A stretch of DNA of 64,000 nt. Source: an uncultured delta proteobacterium. GTDB lineage: Bacteria; Myxococcota_A; Polyangia; Polyangiales; Polyangiaceae. The stretch spans positions 1 through 64,000 of the forward strand of contig CAVQUB010000021.1 in assembly GCA_963716725.1 (NCBI GenBank), read 5' to 3'. The translations under genes were made by a program, and so were the position numbers. This document shows positions 1 to 10,269 of this stretch, piece by piece (within the stretch, counting starts at the first letter, position 1; each line of letters starts with the position of its first letter). Under the pieces are notes generated by a model. It did not search any database and had not been told where the DNA came from. It was given only the letters and a program-made list of their open reading frames with translations.

Positions 1-1346
1 ACTCCTCGACGAGGACTTGCTCGACGCCGTGATCGGCCTGGGCCCGAACCTCTTCTACGGCACGGGCATCCCGGCCTGCATCCTGGTGGTCCGCTCGCCG
101 GGTGCGAAGCCCAAGGAGCGCAAGGGCAAGGTGCTCTTCGTCAACGCCGACCGGGAGTTCTACGAGGGGCGCGCGCAGAACTACCTCTACCCCGAGCACA
201 TCGAGAAGGTCGTGAGCGCGTGGAAGGCGTTCGAGGACGTGGACGGCTTCGCCCGCGTCGTCAGCCGCGCCGAGCTCCGCGAGAACGACGACAACCTCAA
301 CATCCGCCGCTACGCCGACAACGCTCCGCCGCCCGAGCCCCACGACGTGCGGGCGCACCTGTACGGCGGCATCCCGAAGGCCGAGGTCGATGACAAGCGA
401 GCTCTCTTCGAAGCCCACGGCCTGGACCCGGACCACCTGCTGGGCAAGCACAGCGAGAAGACCGACGGGCGGTACCTCGACTTCAAGCCGGACATCGAGA
501 CCAAGGCAGCCCTGAAGCAACGCACCGAAGCTGACGACGGCGTGAAGGCCAAGGAACAAGCGCTTGGCGAGGCGGTGGAGGCCTGGTGGAAGAAGCACCA
601 CAAGGGCATCGCCGGCCTACCTGAGTCGAAGGACCTGATGAAGGTCCGCACCCAGCTCCTCAGCTCCTTCGAACAGGCGCTCCGACCCGTGGGCTTGCTC
701 GACCGGTTCCAAGTCTCGGGCGTGGTGGCGACGTGGTGGGGCGACGTGCAGAACGACCTGCGCACCATTGCGGCGCGCGGGTTCCTGGGACTGATCGAAG
801 CCTGGGAGACGAGCATCGTCACCGGCCTCGAAGACAAGAAGAGCAAGGACAACCCACTCGACCATCGGCTCGTGAAGCGCCTGCTGCCCGAATACCTGGA
901 CGAGCTGGCGGAACTCGAGGCGAAGAGGGCCGAGCTGGAGGCGACCGTCAAAGGCGCCAAGAGCGGGGGAGATGAGGACGAGGGAGAAGACTCCAGCGAG
1001 GACGACGAGGAGCAGCTCTCGGACGACGAGCTGAAGGCGCTGAAGAAACAACTCTCGGCGGTGAAGAGTCAGCTCAAGACCAAGGAGGCCAACTTCACGA
1101 AGCGCCTCAAGCAGGCCCGAACCGAGCTGGATGAAGCGGGTGCGCTCGAGCTGGTGCTCGGTATCCTGCGCACCGACCTCGATGCGATCCTCAATCGCTA
1201 CGTTGCCGACCACCGGCAGAAGATCGTCTGCGGCGTTCGAGAACTGGTGGGACAAGTACCGCGTCACGCTGACGAGCATCGAGCGGGAGCGCGATGCCGC
1301 GGCGGCGAAGCTGCGCGGGTTCTTGGGCGGGCTAGGCTATGGGTGA
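1..1346 (+). CDS. hsdM: Type I R-M methyltransferase subunit, 5'-partial, long C-terminal extension; one apparent frameshift near 1228
   Basis: LLDAVIGLGPNLFYGTGIPACILV...LFVNAD...NLNIRRY. The typical C-terminus ENWWDKYRVTL...LGYG is in another frame (ORF 1131..1346). Overlaps the hsdS start. Confidence 0.92.
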
Positions 1347-2535
1347 GCCTTGGCCGGTCAAGCGCCTCGACTCGCTCGTCGAGGTCCTAGATCACATGCG
1401 CGAGCCGGTGAACTCCGATGAACGCGCGCTACGGCCAGGGCACGTGCCATACTACGGCGCCAACGGCCAGCAGGGATGGATTGACCAGCCGCTTTTTGAT
1501 GAGCCTCTGGTGTTGCTGGCCGAGGACGGCGGTTTCTTTGACGAGTTCGCCACGCGGCCAATCGCATATCGAATCACGGGCCCATCCTGGGTAAACAATC
1601 ACGCCCATATCATCAGGGCACTCGGCATCGCGGATCAGGATTTCATCTTTTGGAGCTTGGTTCACCGCGACATTCGTCGATACATTGCCGGTGGAACCCG
1701 GAGCAAGCTCACTCAAGCTGAACTGCGCAGTATCGAATTTTCGGTTCCCCCCTTCCCCGAGCAACGCCAAATCGCCGAAATCCTCGACACGCTGGACGAG
1801 GCGATTCGCAAGACCGAGGAGATCATCGCCAAGCTCAAGCAGGTGAAGCAGGGCTTGCTCCACGACCTACTCACCCGAGGCATCGACGACAACGGCGAGC
1901 TCCGCGATCCCGACCGCCACCCCGAACAGTTCAAGGACTCGGCGTTGGGGAGGATTCCGAAGGGGTGGTCGACCAAGACGCTTGGTGACGTTGCAGAAGT
2001 GCTCGACCACATGCGCATCCCAGTCAACGCGGACGAGCGCGCGAAGCGTCCGGGGCGCGTTCCCTACTACGGTGCCAACGGGCTACAGGGCTGGATAGAC
2101 CGCCCCCTGTTCAACGAGCCGCTCATCCTGGTCGCCGAGGATGGCGGGAACTTCGACGAGTTCGCAATACGCCCGATTGCCTACCGCATCGACGGCCCCG
2201 CGTGGGTGAATAACCATGCGCATGTCCTGAGAGCACTTGCCGACGTTGACCAAGCGTGGCTCTTCTTCTCCTTGGAGCACCGAGATGTCCGTCGATACAT
2301 CGCCGGTGGAACACGCTCGAAACTAACACAGGGCGAGCTGCGCGCCATCGAGCTAGCCGTGCCGTCAAATGGCGAGCAGGCAGGGACAGCGCGTGTTCTT
2401 GATGGCGTTGAGCGGCGCCAGGGAGACGAGGAAGGCAGACTCGCCAAGCTCCACCTCGTCAAGCACGGCCTGATGGAAGACCTCCTCACCGGCCGCGTCC
2501 GCGTCACGAAGCTCTTGGAGGACGCAGCCGAATGA
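1339..2535 (+). CDS. hsdS: Type I R-M specificity subunit with two highly similar TRDs
   Basis: Conserved spacers PPFPEQRQIAEILDTLDEAI...LKQVKQGLLHDLLTRG and KHGLMEDLLTGRVRV; lies between hsdM and hsdR. Confidence 0.95.
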   Translation: MGEPWPVKRLDSLVEVLDHMREPVNSDERALRPGHVPYYGANGQQGWIDQPLFDEPLVLLAEDGGFFDEFATRPIAYRITGPSWVNNHAHIIRALGIADQDFIFWSLVHRDIRRYIAGGTRSKLTQAELRSIEFSVPPFPEQRQIAEILDTLDEAIRKTEEIIAKLKQVKQGLLHDLLTRGIDDNGELRDPDRHPEQFKDSALGRIPKGWSTKTLGDVAEVLDHMRIPVNADERAKRPGRVPYYGANGLQGWIDRPLFNEPLILVAEDGGNFDEFAIRPIAYRIDGPAWVNNHAHVLRALADVDQAWLFFSLEHRDVRRYIAGGTRSKLTQGELRAIELAVPSNGEQAGTARVLDGVERRQGDEEGRLAKLHLVKHGLMEDLLTGRVRVTKLLEDAAE

Positions 2536-5500
2536 GCGGCGGCCCCGAGTTCACCGACGTCGAGCAGCCGTTCCTCAACCAGCTCGCCTCGATGGGCTGG
2601 AAGATCATCACGGGCAGCGTCGATCACCCTTCGGTGACAGGGCGCGAGAGCTTCCGCGAAGTGCTCATCAAGCCCGACCTGCGAAAACGCACTGCGCTCG
2701 CATCAACCTCCGCGACGGCAGGCCCTGGCTCGACGACGCGCGCATCTCCCAGGCCGTCGGCGCCCTGGAGCGCATCGGCCACCCTCGCCTGATGGAGGCG
2801 AACCAGGAGGCCACGGCGCTGCTCTTGAACGGCGTCGCCGGTCGAGGGGCTGCCCGGATTGGGACCAGGGCCGCGACCAGACCATCCACTTCATCGACTG
2901 GGACAACCCCGAGAACAACACCTTCACCGCCATCAGCCAGTTCAAGGTCGACTGCCCGGGCGGCCAGGCGAAGGCGTCGATCCGGCCCGACATCACGCTC
3001 TTCATCAACGGCATCCCGCTCGGTCGTGGTCGAGTGCAAGAGCCCGACCGTGTCCGAGCCCATCGCCGCCGCCATCGACCAGCTGCGCCGCTATCACAAC
3101 GCGCGAAAGCAGCAGGCGAGGTCGAAGAGAACGAGGGCAACGAACGCCTCTTCTACACCAACCAGTTCCTCATCGCGACGAGCTACGACGAGGCGCGTGT
3201 CGGCACCATCGGCGCGGGAACCGAGCACTACCTGGAGTGGAAGGACACTGCTCCGGTGCCGCTCGAAGCAGGTGCAGGTCGAGCTGGGCAAGGACACGCT
3301 GTCGAGCCAGAACAAGCTCATCGCCGGCATGCTGCGCCCAGCGCACCTGCTCGACATCATCCGGCACTTCACGGTCTACCAGCAGGTGTCCGGCAAGACG
3401 GTGAAGATCGTCTGCCGCTACCAGCAGTTCCGCGCTGTGCAGTACGCCGTCGAGCGGCTGCTCGCACGGGCAAGACGCGCGCGCAGGACGGCGAGCACGA
3501 CCGGCGCGGCGGGATCGTCTGGCACACGCAGGGCTCGGGGAAGAGCCTGACGATGGTGTTTCTGGTGCGCAAGATGCGCTCGACGCCCGAGCTGCGGCGC
3601 TTCAAGGTCGTCGTCGTCACGGACCGCAAGGACCTGGAGCGGCAGCTCTCGGCGACGGCGGCGCTGACCGGCGAGACCGTCGAGCGGGCGCGTAAGAGCA
3701 TCGAGCACGTGAAGACGCTCCTTCAGGCGGAAGGGGCCCGGGCATCGTGTTCGCGATGATCCAGAAGTACGTGGACCGCGACCTCGAAGTCGCTGACGCC
3801 GGAAGACGAGGTCGGCGATCTCGGCCTGCTCAACGACGACGAGTCCATCCTCGTGCATGGTCGACGAAGCCCACCGCAGCCACTCCAGCGCCCTGCACGC
3901 CAACCTGTTGCAGGCCCTGCCCAACTGCGCGCGCATCGGCTTCACCGGCACGCCCATCATCATGGGCGCCAAGAAGCGCACGCACGACATCTTCGGCGAG
4001 TTCATCGACCGCTACACCATCAAGGAGTCGGAGGCCGACGGCGCGACCGTGCCGATCCTCTACGAGGGCCGCACGGCCGAGGGCGCGGTGGCCGATGGGC
4101 GCGACCTCGACCAGCTCTTCGAGGATCTGTTCGACGAGAACGACACGGCGACGAGCTCGAAGCGATCAAGCGCAAGTACGCCACCCGCGGGGCCATCCTC
4201 GAAGCACCGAAGCTCATCGAGGCCAAGGCGCGGGACATGCTCCGGCACTACGTCGCGAACATCCTGCCGAACGGCCTCAAGGCCCAGGTGGTCGCCTACA
4301 GCCGTCGGGCCGCGATTCGGTACCAGGAAGCACTTTCCGCTGGCCCGGGACGAGCTGGTGGTCGAGGCGCAAGCGCTGGACGAGGACACCCGGGCGCTCG
4401 ACGATCTCGGGCTCAAAGCGAAGCCTGCCAAGGTGCGTGCGGCGGTGCATGCCTGGCGATACCTCGACCGACTCGAGCGGCTCGAGTTCGCGGCAATCAT
4501 TTCGGGCGAGAACAACGATCCGCCAGACTGGCGGGAGTGGACCGAGGCGGGCAAGACCGAGGCACGAATCGCGCGCTTCAAGAAGCCGCTCTGGTCCACG
4601 AGGACCTACAGAAGGCTGACCCGCTCGCGTTCCTCATCGTGAAGTCGATGCTGCTGACCGGCTTCGATGCGCCCGATCGAAGGCGTGATGTACCTCGACC
4701 GCCCCATTCGCGAAGCGGAGCTGCTCCAGGCCATCGCCCGCGTGAACCGCACTGGCCACGGCAAGACGGCGGGCATCGTGGTGGACTACTACGGCGTGGC
4801 GCAGCCACCTGAAGGAAGCGCTCTCGGCCTACAGCGACGAGGACATCGAGGGCGCGCTCCAGAGCCTGGACGACGAGATCCCGAAGCTCCGCGACCGACA
4901 CGCGCGGGTGCTCGGGCTCTTCCGGGCGCGCGAGGTCGATCCGATCGACGACGTCGAGGCGGCCATCGAGCTGCTCGCCGACGAGAAGCTGCGGGCGGAG
5001 TTCTCCGTCAAGCTGAAGCAGTTCCTGGCCACGCTCGACCTCGTGCTACCGCGCCCCGAGGCGCTGCCCTTCGTGCAGCGACGCCGCGACCCTTGGCGAG
5101 ATCTACGCGCGCGCGCGCAATCGCTATCGGGAGGGGTTGCCCCCGCTCGGCAAGGCCATTGGTCGCAAGGTGCAGCGCCTGATCGACGAGCACATCATCT
5201 CGCTCGGCATCGACCCACGCATCCCGCCCATCGCGATCACCGACGCGACGTTCTCCGAGCAGGTGAGCAAGCAGGTGTCGCCCCGTGCGAAGGCTTCGGA
5301 GATGGAGCACGCCATCCGCAGCCACATCAAGAAGAAGCTCGACGAGGATCCGGTGCACTTCCAGCGCCTCTCCGAGCGCTTGGAGGAGATTCTCGCGAAA
5401 TTCGGCGAGGACTGGGAGCAGCTGACCATGGCTCTCAAGGCGTTCGTCGAAGAGGTCACCGAAGGCCGCCAACGCGATGACGACATCGGGCTCGACCCGC

Positions 5501-5799
5501 AGCTCCACGCGCCGTTCTTCGACGTGCTCCGCGAGGAGCGCGAGAAGAGAAGCCCCGTCGCCGCCGCCGACAAGAAGTGGCTCGCCGGCCTCACCGTAGA
5601 CATGGTCGAGCACATCATCCGCGACGCCGTCAGCATCGTCGGCTTCTGGAAGAACGCCCCTCGCCAGGAGGAGCTCCGGGGCCAGCTGTTCGTGTTCCTC
5701 GACGAGAACGAGATCGTCGATTTCGACAGCGCCGATGCGGTCGCCGACCGATTGATGGAGTTGGCGAAGGCGAATCACACGCGGTTGGAGCGGACCTGA
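2532..5799 (+). CDS. hsdR: Type I R-M restriction subunit, broken into several frames by many single-base indels
   Basis: Motifs spread over frames: VVECK nuclease motif, GIVWHTQGSGKS (Walker A), [31 protein letters not shown]. Confidence 0.92.
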
Positions 5800-6502
5800 T
5801 GGAGGGGTTGACGGTCGGCGACCTGCAGTTCGAGGTGCGACGAAGCGCACGCCGGAAGCACCGTGCAGATCACGGTGGACCGCGGCGGCGAGTTGGTGTT
5901 GTCCGCGCCTGACGCTTGCCCGGTCCGAGAAGATGGAGAGCTTCGTTCGTGAGAAGCGCTTCTGGATCTACACGAAGCTCGCAGAGAAGGAGGCCTCGTC
6001 CGCGCCGAAGCACCCGCAAAGAAATACGTGGGGGGTGAGGGGTTCCCGTATTTCGGGCGCAGCTATCGGTTGCTGCTCGTCGGCGACCGAGAGCAAGACA
6101 TCCCGGTGAAACTGGAGCGGGGCCGCTTCAAGCTTCGCCGCGGTGATGCGAAGCGCGGGCACGAGCACATGGTGGCCTGGTACGCGGAGCACGCGCAGCC
6201 GTGGTTGGCGGAGCGGGTGCGCCGGTTTCGAGAAGCGCGTCGGGGTCGAGCCGTCGGGGATTGTCGTTCAAGACCTCGGCTACCGCTGGGGGTCGTGCGG
6301 CAAGGGCGGGAAGCTGTACTTCCACTGGCAGAGCATCTTGTTGCCGCCGAGAATCGTGGAGTACGTCGTGGTGCACGAGCTGGTGCATCTGCGCGAACCG
6401 CATCACTCGGCTGAATTTTGGAGGCGGGTGGAGAGGGCGATGCCGGACTTCTCTCATCGAAGAGAGTGGCTCGCGGAGCAGGCTGGGGCGGCTCGGTCGT
6501 GA
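5799..6502 (+). CDS. M48/YgjP-like (DUF45) metallopeptidase, frameshifted
   Basis: RWGSC...YVVVHELVHLREPHHSAEFW (HExxH); N-terminal EVRRSARRK; usual position after hsdR. Confidence 0.85.
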
Positions 6503-6759
6503 CAACGGCGCACGCGACGGTGCTCGCATTCGGCGAGCTTTTGCACGAATGCACTGGCGGTGCGTTCAGCGGAAGGCGTGGTGGGAGCCCCCCAAGTCTG
6601 CAGGAGCCCAGCGCCCCGTTCGACCCGGTCACCAGTTCGGGGGTCGAGGGAATCACCGGTATTTTCTGGCGGTTGTGTGGTGGTGGGCGATACGATTACT
6701 TTGAGCGCAAGTCCGATGCAGGACTCCGACAAGGTGTTACTTTCAGACCAAGGCACCCT

Positions 6760-7506
6760 GTGACCAAGACCTCCTCGCCTGCCTGGCTTGCGGAAAGCGT
6801 TCGGATCACGCTCTTTTGCCTGGTCATCCCCCCCCCCCCGACCGCAACGAACCTGTGGCGGCGCATCGCTGACGCCGAACCGGAGGAGACCTCGTCGCGT
6901 CCCGCGCTGGGGCTTCACCAAGTCCACGGACCATTTGCGGGAGGACGCTTCTCTGCCAGCGCGACGCAGGGACGGCTGGATCTCGTTCTGTCTGCTGAAC
7001 CCCAGCTTTTCGATCCATTCACACAGTCGACGCTGGGCCGGTACAAGTCAGCGGTGGAAACGCTTGTCGAGCGGTCCGAATTCATCGTGGAGGACTTGCC
7101 GCCGGTGCATCGAATTGCCCTCGGCGCTGTGCTCCTCCAGCCCGCGTCCGAACGAGCGGCTGGCTATCGGACGCTGGTTCCGTTCCTTCCCGCGTTGCAG
7201 ATTGAGGCGGAAACTTCGTCCGATTTCTCGTACCAGATCAACCGGCCACGTGCATCGCGCGTTAATCCTGACCTGGTTCTCAATCGCCTCTCAAAGTGGT
7301 CCGTCCAAATGACGGCGGCGATGGTTGCTGTAGCGGGAGTTTCGGCAGCGCTCGGCGCAGACCGGAAGTTCGCCGCTCGCTTGGAAGCCGACGTCAGCAC
7401 GCCGGCCGATCACGGAGGCGAGATCCCGCCTGAAAAGATCATGGAATTCTTCAACGAACTGAAGGAGCTCATCTTCGAGCTAGCCGAAAAAGGTGACGTG
7501 CGATGA
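6760..7506 (+). CDS. Hypothetical protein, possibly TIGR04255-like; gene 1 of a three-gene cassette
   Basis: GTG start at 6760 within ORF 6418..7506; WLAESVRITLF...RIALGAVL...QINRPR...LEADVST; overlaps the next gene. Family call from memory. Confidence 0.55.
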   Translation: MTKTSSPAWLAESVRITLFCLVIPPPPTATNLWRRIADAEPEETSSRPALGLHQVHGPFAGGRFSASATQGRLDLVLSAEPQLFDPFTQSTLGRYKSAVETLVERSEFIVEDLPPVHRIALGAVLLQPASERAAGYRTLVPFLPALQIEAETSSDFSYQINRPRASRVNPDLVLNRLSKWSVQMTAAMVAVAGVSAALGADRKFAARLEADVSTPADHGGEIPPEKIMEFFNELKELIFELAEKGDVR

Positions 7507-8015
7507 GTGTCGCGACCCGAATGTCATTTCCAGCCCCGGCGCCCCGCCCCGTTCTGTGCAGTGCGGAAAGCACCGCCCCAATTCCCCGCCCAGCCCAGAT
7601 TAGCGTCAGCGGCGTTGAACTCGGCGCGACCGCCTCGAAAGGGTCGTTGGAGGGCTCCAACCGCGACGCTGCGGCCGTTGGCTGCATGGCGCTTGACCGC
7701 CTGCGCGCTGGCAGCGAGTCCCTGCAGCTAAGTCTCGCAATCACGCACGCGCGTTGGTGGCTCGAGGCGTTCCCCGAGCTGCTTGCGTTGCGAGGGATAC
7801 CCTTCCTCCGGCCTCACGTCACAAAGAGCCCGGACGATGAAGTCTGCCTCGAGTGGTGGGGCGGGAATCGCAAGATCACAACGTACTTCAACTCACGTGA
7901 AGTCCAGTTCGTGAAGGTTTGGGGGGCGGATATCCAAAATGAGATGGAGGATGGCGTACTCGACTCCGTAAGGACGGCCGTCTCAGTTTGGCGGTGGTTG
8001 TTGGGCGAAGGCTGA
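7503..8015 (+). CDS. Hypothetical protein; gene 2 of the cassette
   Basis: ATGA overlap with the upstream gene; low-complexity N-terminus, compact C-terminal domain PHVTKSPDDEVCLEWW...VKVWG...EMEDG. Confidence 0.6.
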   Translation: MSVATRMSFPAPAPRPVLCSAESTAPIPRPAQISVSGVELGATASKGSLEGSNRDAAAVGCMALDRLRAGSESLQLSLAITHARWWLEAFPELLALRGIPFLRPHVTKSPDDEVCLEWWGGNRKITTYFNSREVQFVKVWGADIQNEMEDGVLDSVRTAVSVWRWLLGEG

Positions 8016-8024
8016 ACTGCGCCG

Positions 8025-8510
8025 ATGTGCGTCATCCAGGTTTCAGACGATGAACTACTGTTCCGGCGCGTTCTCGCCGACGGGAACCACGTCACGGTGG
8101 ATTCGGCGCAGAAGGTCAGGATTAGCAGCAACGCCTTTGGGGACCCGGGAGGCATGCCTTCTGTGGACCTCGCTTCCCTCTGCGGCGCCGCTGGAGCTAC
8201 CTGGACGCAAGAGGGCGAGGAAAATGGCGTTCTATCTCTGGAAACCAAACTTGTTCGGGTCGTGCGTGTGATCGGGTTGACGCCAGCACCACCCGGGTCA
8301 CCACCCAACAGCCCCAAAGTGCCAGTCGAACACGTGATCGACGTCCACCATGACCCGGTAGCCAACCGCCCCCCGCTGCGGGACAACCCAGCGCACGCCG
8401 AAATTCGACCAGCCCCGAACTGGTGCAACGGAAGTGTTTTTAAAAAGCTGAAGGAGCGACTCGCATTGCTCGCGGACATCGTGATCATGCCACTTCCACT
8501 GCGCCGGTGA
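8025..8510 (+). CDS. Hypothetical protein with ADP-ribosyltransferase-like motif order; gene 3 of the cassette
   Basis: ELLFRR ... PSVD ... NPAHAEI; 9 bp after gene 2. The ART fold is an inference. Confidence 0.5.
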   Translation: MCVIQVSDDELLFRRVLADGNHVTVDSAQKVRISSNAFGDPGGMPSVDLASLCGAAGATWTQEGEENGVLSLETKLVRVVRVIGLTPAPPGSPPNSPKVPVEHVIDVHHDPVANRPPLRDNPAHAEIRPAPNWCNGSVFKKLKERLALLADIVIMPLPLRR

Positions 8511-8661
8511 CCGCGTTGCCGCCATGTTGCCGCGACCCTGCACCAAACGCCGGAACCACACGGCACGCGACGGACCGCGCCGGGATCGAACATCGTCAAC
8601 GACTTCGCGAGGTTCTTGGCCAAGTCCGCGTACCCGCGCGGTTTCTCGCAAAGCCGCCAAC

Positions 8662-8686
8662 AGAATTCGATTCCCGGCGCCTCCAC
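8662..8686 (+). mobile_element. att-like core: 3' fragment of tmRNA (T-loop plus acceptor strand)
   Basis: AGAATTCGATTCCCGGCGCCTCCAC. TTCGATT T-loop and CGCCTCCAC acceptor strand are compatible with a G3-U70 alanyl identity. Repeated at 14888. Confidence 0.7.
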
Positions 8687-8917
8687 AAATAGTCGCAGCA
8701 GGGCTGCTCCTCTTGCGCCGCTCATCGGATCTCTCTGGAATTTGCCAAGCAAATTCCAGTTCGGTGGCATGGACTTGCGCTTCGTGGCGGGCCTTGGGTG
8801 GAGATTGGCCGAGGGCTGGACTGCGGCTAGGACCGTCGCGACGTTCCTCGGAGAGTCGTCCCTGGTGCAGCGCAAGCGGGGCATTCTGTCAGCTTCGCCG
8901 AAAACGGAGGCCGGGCG

Positions 8918-9985
8918 ATGACCGACTCCGAAGCACCCAAGGGCGAGCTGATCCTCTACCAGACCGAGGACGGGCGAACGCGCATCGAGTGCCGCTTCGA
9001 GGGCGAGACCATCTGGCTGACGCAGATGCAGCTCGCCGAGCTGTTCGAGACGAGCGTCCCGAACATCAACATCCACCTCAAGGCGATCTACGAGGAGGGT
9101 GAGCTCGACGAGCGGGCAACCATTGAGCCGTACCCAATGGTTCGCGATGAGGGGTCGCGGAGTGTCCAGCGCTCGGTGCTGCACTACTCGCTGCCCGTGA
9201 TCCTCGCTGTCGGCTTCCGGGTGCGCAGCCACCGGGGCACACAGTTCCGCAAGTGGGCCACTCGTCTGCTCGAAGAGTACGTCGTCAAGGGCTTCACGCT
9301 CGACGACGAGCGGCACAAAAATCCTCCCGGTCCGGGCCAGACCAACTACTTCGAGCAGCTCCTCGCGCGCATCCGCGACATCCGCTCGTCCGAGCGTGTC
9401 TTCTGGATGAAGGTGCTCGACATCTACGCGACGAGCGCGGACTACGATCCGCGCGTCGAGGCATCGCGCGCCTTCTTCAAGTTGGTGCAGAACAAGATGC
9501 ACTGGGCGGCACACGGGCAGACGGCTGCCGAGGTCATCGCAGCGCGCGCGGACGCGACCAAGCCGAACGTGGGGCTGACCTAGTGGTCGGGCGGCATCGT
9601 GCGCAAGGGCGACATCGAGGTCGCCAAGAACTACCTCGCGCTCGACGAGCTCGAGGCACTCAACCGCATCGTGAACGCCTACATCGAGTTCGCCGAGCTC
9701 CAAGCCACGCATGGCCGTGTGATGTACATGCGTGACTGGATCGCGAAGCTCGACGACTTCTTGCGCCTCTCGGACCGTGAGGTGCTGACCCACGCCGGGA
9801 AGGTGAGCCACGAGGACGCCGTTGCGGCGGCGAGCACGCAGTACGAGCTATTCCGGAAGCAGCAAGATCTCCTGCCTTCGGCCGCCGTGCGCGACTTCGA
9901 GGCGGCGATCGCCGAAACCAAGCAGCTCAAGGGGAAGACGACGGCCGAGAAACCCCAAAAGAGCCGGGAGCGCAAGAAACCATGA
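8918..9985 (+). pseudogene. rhuM: RhuM-family protein with one in-frame TAG at 9581-9583
   Basis: ELILYQTEDG...TIWLTQ...GFRVRS.RGTQFRKWA...RIRDIRSSE...AKNYL; ORFs 8918..9583 and 9599..9985 share a frame. Confidence 0.85.
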
Positions 9986-10102
9986 GCGCCCTCACCGAAT
10001 CGGTTGTCGAAAAAGCTGATGCAGGCCATCGCCCGCGTGAATCGCGTGTTTCGCGACAAGCCCGGCGGCCTCGTCGTCGACTACCTGGGGCTCGCCGACC
10101 GA
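9982..10102 (+). pseudogene. Deletion remnant of a second type I hsdR
   Basis: [12 protein letters not shown] (HsdR-type N-terminus) joined at about 10016 to [28 protein letters not shown] (HsdR helicase motif VI region). Confidence 0.75.
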
Positions 10103-10269
10103 CGACACGGGAGGACGAAGTGTGACCGGACTTGCTGATCTCCTCGCGCTTCCGCGAGGCGCGAAGTTCTGGCGGATACCTTCAAGAGAGTATTGCGCTG
10201 ACCGGTTGAATCCGCCGCCCGTAACCTCTCCTGTTTCGATGCAACCGCGTGCTTCTGCCTCGTGACGGC

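Noticed and set aside
2532..5799. Programmed frameshifting or phase variation of hsdR
   Set aside because: Indels are numerous and not at slippery or repeat tracts; sequencing error is more likely.
8662..8690. Complete tRNA or tmRNA gene
   Set aside because: Only the 3' fragment is present; the upstream sequence cannot form the T-stem or acceptor stem.
9581..9583. Programmed amber readthrough (pyrrolysine or recoding) in rhuM
   Set aside because: A single TCG>TAG change explains it; TAG ends other genes here, no pyl genes are seen, and the neighbouring hsdR is also decayed.
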